Origin: Lama guanicoe | Lineage: Eukaryota | Assembly (NCBI GenBank): GCA_013239625.1 | Contig: MU053881.1 | Span: 4,981,957-5,045,956 of the forward strand | Direction: 5' to 3' | DNA: 64,000 nt | Part shown: positions 12,074 through 23,068 of the stretch, one piece after another | How positions within the stretch are numbered: the stretch's first letter is position 1 | Layout: the number at the start of each line of letters is the position of its first letter | Made by a program: the position numbers and the translations under genes | The notes under the pieces: model-generated | The model's database searches: none | Told to the model about the DNA's origin: nothing | The model's input: the letters and a program-made list of their open reading frames with translations, nothing else

Positions 12074-12089
12074 AAGCTTATATTAGGGA

Positions 12090-12295
12090 AAAGTTTCTTC
12101 TGGCCCTGTTTACTTTGGGGACCAGATAATTCTTTGCTGTGGGCTGTCCTGTACTTTGAAGGACATGCAGCAACAACCTGGGCCCCCACCCATGAGATGC
12201 CAGTAGTACCTCCTCCTCCCTATTGTGACAACCAAAATGTCTCCAGATACTGTCAAATGTCCTCTGGAGGTCCAAACTGTCCCTGATTACGAATG
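12090..12295. mobile_element. MER20-like element, opposite orientation to the copy at 2482
   Basis: Segments gataattctttgctgtgggctgtcctgt, gatgccagtagtacc and tgtgacaaccaaaatgtctccaga. Confidence 0.78.
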
Positions 12296-15200
12296 TGGTA
12301 GGGAGATGGTAACGGAGGTCACCTGTCTGTCTGGACTCCTCACTTCCTGCCACATAATAAGATAAGAACCACAACAAGACAGCATGTACACAGCACCCTT
12401 CTGTGCCAGGCACACAGTCTGAAATGCTTCATGCCTCCCACCTCACTGAATCCTCAGGCCAACCCTAGGACATGCTTCTACCTATATTACAGCCAGGGAA
12501 ACTGAGGCACTGGAACACTCAATCACTCGTCCGATGCCACAGTCATTAGTGGCTGAATCGAGTTCCAAACTTTGAAGTCTGCATCCTCCACGTGACACTC
12601 TGCTGCGTCCCAGGCGTGAAACATGCCACCGTGCCGAATGACTGACTTTCCTTTGAAATTGTCAGGACTCCCCCTGTGATGCAGCAAGATGATGTTATGT
12701 TTTACTCAAAATTTTCTGGCCTACCTTTGAGTTGCTTTTTGGTGCCATGGAAGAATCAAAGCGCGGATGATGGAAGATAGAAGTTCGTAACAGGTTTGCA
12801 GAGAAATTTCAAATGTATTTTTCCCCTAAAGACATACTTTATGTCGTTCATAAAAACCAATACCACCTATCACATATGCCTAGGAGGGAGGTACCTCATT
12901 GCTCATGTACCCGTGGGGCCCAGAGAGGGAAATAACTTGTCCAAGGTCACACAGCAAGTGTGTGGCAGAGTCAAGTTTGTATGCGTTCAGAGCTCTCACT
13001 GTTTCCCCTGAGCCACTTAAATGACCACAGGACTCAAAAGAAGCCAACTCGGGCAGCCCCAGAGGGCCCCTGAGGTCACCCTGGAGGCCCCACTGGGTGG
13101 CCACCCAGCCACCGATTCTGGACCACTGGAGGACTCTGGGAGACAGCAGCGCCTTAATGGACCCCCTGGTGCCAAGTGGAGGAGGCCAGGAGACACAGTG
13201 GAGGCAAAAGGGAAGTGCGAACTGAATTGGCGTTTATTTTTAAAATGATATTTCCACGAGATGAGCTAAGCGGAGGCCTGTGCGGCCCAAGACAGACAGA
13301 GCAGGTCTGTATGGATGGCTTGTAAGTAGAGCAGCTGACATTCCAGTAATAACAGCCCCAGAAACCCGAGCAGCCCCCCAGGGAGACAGAAGGATGGGGG
13401 ACGCTGGGGGGATTACTATGAAGCGTCTTCAGCAGGCAAGGCCCCTCCTGGCCAGCTTCAGACCATGACGCAGGACCACTTTTCATGGAAGATGACGGCA
13501 GGGGAGCTGGGTTATTTTGGTAGACTGGATCAGATGAGGAGAGATTTTATACCGCAAAATGCTTTTAGAGCTTGGATCAGAGGATAGGAAAATGTGACTT
13601 AAGTGCAATGGAGCAAATAATTAAAAAAAATAAAAAAAATAACCACACATACACACATATCTATATTCATCTACACACGCTGGGACCTGAGGGGGTCTAT
13701 GAGTCACACGCACCTGGCACCCAGACTGAAGCCTCCTTTCACTGGGCTGGCCCAGAGCGGGAGACAACACAGACACTGAGGCACACAAGACATCACAGAG
13801 CTGTGGGGAAACCGAGGCCCTGGGAGCATGGAAGCTTCTGGGCAGCTGACCCCATCAGAGTGAGTTACCTTCTGCCTGAGGCTTAGGAAGCGCGGCAGGG
13901 AGCTCCCGTGCAAATCTGCTAATGTTACTCAACACAGCAGCACGTCTCCCATTAGCCTACATCTATTGAAGGTGCTGGTCACCCATCAACTAAGGAGATG
14001 GGATTCTGGCACATTCCAGGGAAGGAAGTGGTCCTCAAAAGCTGAGAGAAATTGCAGCCCGCCTGCTGCTGCCACGGCCCCTGCTTTCATTATTTTGCCT
14101 TTGGCCTGCCTGTGCCTCACCAACCTGCTCACATCCACAGGAGGGGACCAGTGTGAGGTGAGGCAGGAGCTGTGAGGAGAGGGTCCGGTGGTGCTCCCAG
14201 GCTGTGGCACTCCCTGGATTCCGACCCATGGGGGCCACAGACACCCCCATCACGAGGAGGCTCCCACATCTGGACTCGTCCGAGAAGGTGGTCAGTCATG
14301 GCCCTTCCTCACTCTGAGAAGGTCACAGTTCCTACGTCTGAGGCTGCCCCAGATGGTCTGTCTGTCTTTGGACTCCGGCCCTACGTTGGTGGTGGCCAAA
14401 AAACCGGCTTCACCGAGTTTGTGCCTCCTTGGCTGATGTGAGTTGAGGGGAAATGACCAACCACAGATGTTACGAGGCTGAAGCGATCTTAAGAACACAC
14501 AATAAAAGGGCTGGCGGAAGGGTGGACGGGGGATGGAGACTGGGCACCTCCCCGTCCTGGGAGGATGGGGCCCAAGGTGAATGCAAACGAATAAAGAAGA
14601 AAATGCAGCAAATCACGCCCACGACACTGAGTTCTCGTGCCTGCTGCTCTGCACGCAGAAGAGCTGGGAGAACCAGGCCTCCGCGGTGTGCAGAGGCCGG
14701 GAGGCATGACCCTCCTCACCGCACATGGCGAAGGCGGGGGGCAGGGCGCTGGGAGCCCACAGGGCCCTTCTTGGCTGGGGCGGCAGGAAGAGCTCAGGCC
14801 TTGGAAGCTGAGTCCTGGCTGTCACTTCCTAACTCTGGACGTCAGAGAGCTTTCCTGAGCCTCAATTTTCTCATCTATAAAATGGGAAAACCGCCCCTAC
14901 TTTGCCCATTGTCATACTGGAGGCAACGCCTCTGGAGCGCCTAGCACTTAGTAGGTGCTCAGTACAATGGTACCCAATCTCATCTTCCAGTTGACTGGCA
15001 GGCTCCAACCTTGTTGCTGAGATCCAAATTTTCTAAACCTCTCTGAGACCCACTCTAAAAAGAATAATGGGTAAAAGAGCCCCCTGCTCTGGGGCTCAAT
15101 TTCCACTCTCTACCTGGCTTTTTAAGCAGAGGACAAGGGCGTCCCAGGCACCACAGGCAGATTCCTTGCAGTTGCTCAGGTCCCAAGTCCTCCAAGGACC

Positions 15201-15539
15201 CATTCTACAGATGGAGTAGCTGAGGCCTGGACTGCATACTTCCTCGGGTGAGCACCAAGAAGTGTTCGTGATGAAGAACGTCCCTCGGGGCACCTCAGGC
15301 TAGAGGCTGTTTCCAGTCTTCGACCAGTCGGGGAGCGCCTCTTACCTCAATGCCCTACGTCAACCCTAGATTTCCTGGACGCCCCAGGGAGAGGAGACAG
15401 CAGAGGGACCTGCCCCACTGTTGGCTCAGTACATGTTTACTGAGTAAAGGAGTGAGTGAGAAAGAATGGATGAGGAGTCAGTGAGTGAGTGTGACAGCGA
15501 AGGAAGGAAGGTAGGAAGGGTCTTAAGAAAGGGGTAGGA

Positions 15540-16101
15540 TTACCTCACACCAGCCAGAACGGCCATCATTGAAAAGTCTACAAATGACAGATGCTGGAGA
15601 GAGTATGGAAAAAAGGGAACTGTCTATGCTGTTAGTGGGAGTGTAGATTGGAGCAGCCACTATGGAGGACAGTATGGAAGTTCCTTAAAAAATTAAAAAT
15701 AGACTTACCATGTGATCCAGCAATCCCATGCCTGAGAATATACCCAGAGAAAAATAAAACTCAAAAAGACACACCCAATGCACCCCAATGTTCATAGTAG
15801 TACTATTTACAATAGCCAAGACATGGAAACAACCCAAACGTCCATCAACAGATGACTGGATAAAGAAGCTGTGGTATATTTATACAATGGAATACTACTC
15901 AGCCATGAAAAGAATAAAATAATACCATTTGCAGCAACATAGTTGGACCTGAAGATCATCATTCTAAGCAAAGTGGGCCAGAAAGAGAAAGAAAAATGCC
16001 ATATATTATCACTTATATGTGGAACCTAAATAAACAAAACAAAACAAAATAAAATAAGGACACACACACACATACACATACAAATGTTAAAAAAAAAAAG
16101 A
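15540..16101 (+). mobile_element. 5'-truncated LINE-1 with target-site duplication
   Basis: L1 ORF2 3' sequence (cctcacaccagccagaacggccatcatt...aatggaatactactcagcc). TSD aagaaaggggtagga (15525-15539) versus aagaaagggacagga (16102-16116), 13/15 identical. Confidence 0.92.
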
Positions 16102-19100
16102 AAGAAAGGGACAGGAGAATTCTACGTCCCTGGCAGGGGGCAAAGGTGACCTGCACACAGGGCTGTCAGCCAGGAGTGGGAGGGGGACACGGGGGAGGAG
16201 ACTCAGGATGGTTGGGGCCACTCCCATCGCTCCCTGAGCCTCCATTTCCTAACTTTTACAAACGGAAGGCTAATTCTCACCCCTCAGGACTGCTGTGGGG
16301 TTCAGTGAGAGTTTCCGTGTCACACGTACACCTTCAATGCCAATTCCCTTGGTCCCCTGCTCTGCCACGCTGTGGTATCTCCCGGCTTTGAGGCAGGGGG
16401 ACAACCCCTGGGAGTGGGGGGTGGGGGATGAGCGATCAGAGCTGCTGAGCCGACACACGCACCCTCCTCTAGTCAGCAGCCCCCGCTCCAGAAACGGAGA
16501 CAAGGACAATGGGATGTGCAGGCCCCAGTGAGTCTGGGAGACGAATGTCACTTTTCACTAGAGTCATCAAAAAAGTTCCTGTTCTGACGCAGAGACTTCT
16601 TCCCTGCGGGTCCCTCAGCTTCCTGACCTTCCATTGCAGGGAGAGTGAAGACAGCTTGTCTACCTTGAAAAGGAGGGGGCGTGTGTGTTTGTTTCCCTGA
16701 CATTTTCATCACGGCTCCTGATCCCTTATAACATAGAGAGGACGAGTTCCAACCACACTGGCTGGTGAGCTGAATCCCTCTGCTGTTCCCCTAGCACTCC
16801 GGCTTTCCCAATCCATCACCCCGAATGCCTCCCTTCCCCGCCAAGGTTTACTTTTCTATAATGTGCAGTGGGAGAAGCACGAGGCACACCCCACCATGGT
16901 GGGGAGACTGGGGGCTCCAGAGTAAACACTCCTGGGGGCGGATCCCAGCTCTGCGACCCTGGCCAGGAAACCCAGTTTATCTCTCTGAGCCTCAGTTTCT
17001 CTCATCTGTGAAATGGGGTCCACTCTGAGGACCAAGATGACCTCTGCCTGGCTGCCTGATGGGCCGCTGCAAGTGTCCAGAAACTGTTCTTTCACTGTCT
17101 TCCTCCGGTCAGCACTGCTTGAAAAGCTTGTGGAAAAGGCACAGTAGGAGGAAATAAATAATGAACAGAAGTCCCATCAGATGCCGGCAGCAGACAGACT
17201 GGAGCCTGGGATGAGAACACCGAAGCTGTGGCTGGGCAGAGGTGGGGGCCGTCGCGGAAGGGAAGCTGATGACTGGGCCCAGGAATGGAGGGGGTGGGGC
17301 AGGGGTGGGAGAGGAGAGGGTGTGGTGGTCTCCACCCAACGGTGTCATGCCTGCTAGACCCCCCACTCCCACCCTTTAGTCCAGGGGCCTTTGGGGAGAG
17401 TGGAGTCCTTTCCCTGCCATTTTTTACAATGGCTGCAGCTGCAAAACACTCACCTCCTGCTTTGGGAAAAAAACACCTTGGTTCAGCACCTACTATGTGC
17501 CAGGTTCAGCACCTACTATGTGCCAGGCCTGAGAGGGTACTTTTTTCTGCCTTCTCATTCAGTTCTTGCAAGTACTAGGGCAAACAGGGTGACCTCCATC
17601 TCACAGATGGGGAAACAGGCTCAGACAGGGACTGACTGGTCCAAGGTCACACAGCTACCAAGTCGGTAAGGGTGATGAGCATCCGGGTCTGGGAGGCTGC
17701 AAAGGGCCTGCTTTCTTCTGTTCCACCACCCTGCTTCACCCCCATCCTGAATGTGCCCCTCAGTCCCCATCTTCCTGCATGGATGGCTTCTTTATATTTT
17801 GTTTTCTCAGCTCTGTTAAGTCCTACATATCAAATGTCCTTATTTCATCAGGAAAGCTGATGAAATAAGAAGCTGTGTGGCTGTAAATAGAAATGCAGTT
17901 TGCAAAACGGAGCCCATGCCATCCTAATATTCCTTGTTCATCTCAGAACCTGCCTTAGAAAAGCCAGCCCCAGGGCATTCTGCTCCAACTGCGATACCTG
18001 TGTTCAGACCCAGGTGGAGCAACCTGTCCCTGATAAAAACAACCTTCTGGAAGAACCAGCTTCACGCAAACGTCCGAAGGATGGAAACTGAGGTTTTACA
18101 CACATTTCCAAGCTTGAGTAACTGTGTTGCTAATTTAGGTTCTGCTCTGTTCCTCAAATAACAGAAACTGTCTTGGGGGGGTGTGGACCAAGGTGGACAC
18201 CCTCCACGTGCTTGCGCACTGTTCACACCTACTTCTCATCGACTGTGCTATCCCAGGTCTGGAGACCAGAGAACACTTAGACCCAGCCCTGCCTTCCTGG
18301 AGCCGTGGTCCTGGGAGGAGAGACACTCGAGGGGAGATTGAGTAGGAGAGAATGGAGGCTCTGAACGGGCTGTCATCCCAGCCCAGCTACCAAGCCGCTC
18401 TTTTCCCAACTCTCAGTGGTAAAACATTCTCAGTTTTAAGTTTGTTTACTCTCAGTATTATTATTTTGTTTAAACTATCCTATGCACCCTGTGCCCCAGG
18501 CACCTGCTGCCTTTTGTCAATGGAAAATCCTTGCAGGTGCCCAAACAGATGAGTGAGAGGTGGTTAGATACGAGCAGGAAAACCTGCACCCCGCCAGCCA
18601 GCTAGTCTCAGGTGGACAGCTTGCTTATTTTTTTATGGTTTGCGTGTGCGTGACTGTGATTTTATCACAGACGCTCACATTATCTCCTTGATTCCTGCTA
18701 TAATATTTCTCCTGACTCCTAGGATGAAAGTCACTGTATCTAATGATCCTGGCGTCCTCTCAAGGGCTCCGTGGCTTCTGGAAGCCCTGCTGCTGGAACA
18801 TCCTTGAAAGCCTTTGTTTTGGAAGATGGAGGCTCCCAAGCTGGTTGGCAGGGGTTGAGGGTGGGGATGTGGCAGAGGCAGGCAGGTTTTGGGGTCAAAT
18901 CCCAGCCTTGCCACTTATTGGCTGTGTGATCTTGGATGAGTTTCTTTACCTCTCTGGGCCTCAGTCGATTTATATATAAAACAAGAATGACTTCATCTAC
19001 CTGGGAGGGTTAAAGGAGATAACTGTAAAATTTCCTGGCACCTAGTAGACGCTTGATAAGCATAGTTATATGATCACTTCTTCAAGCAGCCATCCCTTGT

Positions 19101-19289
19101 GTTTTTCTGAGCACCCAGGTCCAGGGCAGGCCCCGTGCTGGATGCTGGGACACAAGTGAGCCAGACCTGGAGCTCATCATCAGGCCTGGCACCTAGGGAG
19201 CACAGTCTGAAGTCTGGGGGATTATGTCACCGGCCAGGAGCACCTTGAGGACAGGGAAGATGTCCAACTCAGCTATCCCTGCTGCCCAG

Positions 19290-19580
19290 TGGAAGCGTGT
19301 CATCGCCAGCTGCTACTTTTTGGTGGGCAAACACTGTCACGGCCATACTGACCCAATTTGGTACTTGATGACTTCTGGCTGTTCCCCACAAATAGAATAA
19401 AACACAGAAGGAAAGCGATGTGACACCACCAAAGCTATCCAGTCTGTCACTACAACCCACTTGAAGGCCATCTCCAAAAAGGGGCTTTGGCAAGTGGCAG
19501 GGGACAAAAGTGCGTGTGTGGGAGGGGGCACTTTGAGGGGGATCACTTGCATATTGTTAAACACCATCTGTTTATTCCCT
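19290..19580 (+). mobile_element. Degraded mariner-family transposase relic (MARNA-like)
   Basis: 19343-19387 translates PY*PNLVLDDFWLFP, compared with mariner PYSPDLAPxDFxLFP. Downstream KCVCGRGHFEGD resembles the mariner C-terminal KCV..G.YFEGD. Boundaries approximate. Confidence 0.65.
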
Positions 19581-21723
19581 CAGTGGTGGAATTTTCTGGA
19601 GAAGCACAAAGCGGAGGTCTGAGCAAGGTGCCCTGGGCATCCCAAGAGAGGAGCCCTGGGCAGCCTGGGGGAGACTTCCGGGAGGAGGTGGCCTCCTCTG
19701 TTCAGGCTTGGGGTGAAAAGGTCCTTCCCAAACCATGAGACCCTGGAGGGGGTGACCCCGGATAAGCCAGGTACGTGCTACTTAGAATGCATCAGGGGGC
19801 CCCCCCGCCTCTCCCCTCCACACCCCACACCCACCCCTCATTCCAGCCCATCCACAGCTGCCTCCGCAGCCCGCAGCCACCCCATGACGACATCCTGGCC
19901 TACGCCCCCTCTTCACAGCCCCTCTAAGGAGCTATTTGCAGAGGCCCCCATTTGGGGTTCAGAGGCTTTGCACACAAGTGTTTGATTTTAAAAGGAGAGA
20001 AAGAGAAGTCGCAGCAGGTGTCTCCACTTCCCTCCCAGCCCCACCCTGCCCGGCGAGGGCTCCCCGGGGGTCTTTGTGTGTGTATGACAGTGTGGGAGCG
20101 TCATCCCCGCATCTGCCGCCCTGTGACAAGGGCCTTTGAAGCTCCACAATGACGCCATCTGCCAGGGACAGCCGGCTGGCTCACTCTGGGCTGACCCCAC
20201 GGTTGCCGTGGCAACCAAGATGGCAATGCGGGGCCTTCAGAAAACCTACCGGGCTAATGATGTCAGGAGGTTCCCTGCAGCATGGCCTGCACCCAGGTGG
20301 AGGTGGACAGGGCAGAGATGGAGGAGGGGCTGGTGGCCAAAGGGAGGAGGAGAAGGTCTCTGGGTGACGAAGGACAGGCTTGTCTCCTGGGACTTCCTGG
20401 GAAGAAGTTCTTCGCCATCGAAAGAAGCCACATGGCCTTCACGAGCTATGGTATGTTGGGCCCCTCTGCACGTGCTATGCCCTTTGCTAAGACCCTCTCT
20501 CTTTCCCTCATCAGTCTAGAAAATGTCTCCCCACCCTTCAAGACCCATCTTGGGGTTTCCTTCTCTGAACTTTCCAAACACAGGGGAGCCTTTCCCACCG
20601 CAGTGCACGGTGCACAGCTCCATCGGAGCCGCTGCTGGGCGGGGCTGCGGCTCTGTGTGTGCTCGCCCAGCTCCCCCACCAGCTGGGGAGGAGCTGAAGG
20701 GCAGGGACTTGGTCCCATTCAGCTATCCCCGCTACCCCGCCTGGTGGGTGGTAAATTCTAGCAAACGTTTAGTGACTAAATGAAATTGCTTCATTTCTCA
20801 GCCATTTGCCAAGGGGTTTTAAGGGTCAGACTCTCAGGTGTCTGGAACGCAGAGCAAACAGGAAGGGGGTCATGAAGACCCTATGGTGAGGTGTGGGCGC
20901 AGGGGTTTCCCTGCCACTGTCACTGTTGCAGACCCCAGGTCCTCTGAGCACCTGCACAGAGGTGTCTACCTGTAATTTCATTTCTGTCTTACTCTGGGGC
21001 TGCCTTAGGAGTGCTGGCCTAAGGATCAGTGCCAAGGCCCGCTTAGGGTGCCACCCTGTGGGAACCTGGGTAAAACCACTTGCTCACAAATTTCCTGATT
21101 TGAGGCCAAAGGCTTAGTGTGTCTCCCCTCAAAGTTGTTGAGCCAATTCACCCGCGCACCAAACTGTATCGCGGATCCCCCTGCTTCGCACCCTCCTCCC
21201 AGTCTTGACAGCGGCAGGTCTGTCATTTCTGCCACTCGACAGGACTGAATCAGGGCTGGTTGTCTTGAACCTCATTCCTCCAGTTTCTAGTGAACTTGGG
21301 CACCTTCCACTGCCTGTGTGGTCTCCTCTGTGAGCGGTCCAGCCCTTACCCATTTTCTTTTTGGTCATTTAACTTTTTATTACTGACTTGGAGGAATTTT
21401 GTAATGTGGAAATTCTGAAGTGTCCTTTCTTGTACGTGTGGCAAATACTGTCTCCCAATTTGTGTCTGGTGTTTTAGCTTTATGTTAGGTGCCCCTGGTT
21501 GATCAGAAAAGTTTCACATTTTTTTTGTGGAGTCAGAGAACAGTAAAAGGCAATTCCGAGGCTCACAGAAGCACCAGAGTTTGGACACCCTTAGTATGCT
21601 CATGGCTTTTTGTAACTGCAGAGCTTCCCTTTCATGGTCTGCTTTGAGTCTCCCACGAGGCCATGGGAGGTGGGAAGAGTGGGGACTGCGATTTCTATTT
21701 CACAGATTACATGATGGAGGCTC

Positions 21724-22128
21724 TGTAGTGGACACTTGGCCTTTCAGCCTCCTAGTACCCTTCCTCTTTCTTCTAGTAACTGGCCTCTGACTTTTCTCTT
21801 AGGGAACCCCACCCTCTTGCAATCTTTGTCCCTGTGGTCTGGGTGGGGCTGGCCAGCTGGAGCACTTCATTCATCCCCCAGGTCACAAGGATGACATGGG
21901 ACCTGAGCTGGGCCAATGACAGTGCCATTCCATTCAGGACTTAGGATAGAATTACTGAGAAAGAGGCATTTTCTACTGGTAAATTCTATTTGAAAATGAA
22001 GCCAGCACAGAGGAGAGCAAAATGAAGAGAGACCAAGCGCCTGGATCAAGCCATGCCTGAGGCTCACTTAACCCCTCAGGCCAGCTTGATGTGGGGTTCT
22101 CTCTCTGCTGTAACAGAGTCCTAATACA
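21724..22128 (+). mobile_element. ERVL-MaLR (MLT1-type) solo LTR
   Basis: Begins tgtagtggacac and ends aacagagtcctaataca. Internal cctggatcaagccatgcctgag is typical of old MLT1 LTRs. Confidence 0.65.
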
Positions 22129-22945
22129 GACCTAGTCAGCACAGGAAATGAAAGAGCTGGGACTGGACACCTAATCCTGAATCGGTATGAAAAGGTGGAG
22201 AAGCACAAGACCCCTCCACTCACACCCTTTCACCTGAGGCTCTGCCATAGCATCTGGGCGGCCACTACAGATGGGGGCCTCAGTTTCCAAATCTGTCAGG
22301 GAGGGATAATCACCCCATCTCTTCCACCTCCGCTGACTCCGGCTTGCCAAACATCTCCAGGTCTCTTAGCTGGAGCAGGGCACTGCGATTCTGCTGTTCT
22401 GACCCCAAGGACATTTGAATGGGAGGCCATGATAGTACACTTAATAGAAATATTCAGCATCAGAGAAAACTGATATCAGCTTGAAACTGCCCCACGGAAA
22501 ATTGGACTTGGTGGAGACAATGGCAAAAAAGAAAGGAGAGAGAACAGGGAGGAAGGAAAGAAAGAAAAAACCTGACCATAGCAGCAGCTAGAAGTGAAAA
22601 AAACACTTGGGGAAAAAATGAGTTAAATCTCCACTGTAAAATCTACACAGAAAAGGATAAGCCCTGCTAAGAATAACTTTCGTAAAGGTTTAAAAAGTGG
22701 AGAAAATCACGAACATCTGAGCCATATAAAGAGCTGCTTAAGGAACGGAACTGACTGAGTGGCATTCCCCTCTGAAAAAGATTCTCTCGATGACATGCCA
22801 TCGATATTGACATGATTCTGACGACATCTGCGAGCAGGCCGAGCCTCTGGCTCTGCGGGCTGTATCCTGCTTCTCTGAGAACCGGTGGGGGGGGGCGCCA
22901 AGAAAAGAGCCCACAGCAGGCGCCCCCCGCTTCCCCACTACTCAC

Positions 22946-23068
22946 CGTGGTGATGAACCTGTACAGAGGCTGTCGTCTCTCTGTGTACTTGACCGTGATG
23001 GGGCTGAGGTCATAGCGGAACCAGATGGCGGGGATGATGCGGCCTGTGTGGCTGTAGGCGACGTACTC
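22946..23068 (-). CDS. ERGIC1: ERGIC1 coding exon 9 (123 nt): EYVAYSHTGRIIPAIWFRYDLSPITVKYTERRQPLYRFITT
   Basis: Acceptor ccccag|GAGTAC and donor ACG|gtgagt; peptide seen in ORF 22667..23203. Confidence 0.96.

Noticed and set aside
12640..12800. Possible intronic snoRNA (atgatg motifs)
   Set aside because: The motifs are on the strand opposite the host transcript, and I found no convincing box C/D pair with a terminal stem.
13233..13238. Minus-strand AATAAA in intron 9 as an alternative polyA site
   Set aside because: The hexamer is common and I could not identify an associated alternative terminal exon.
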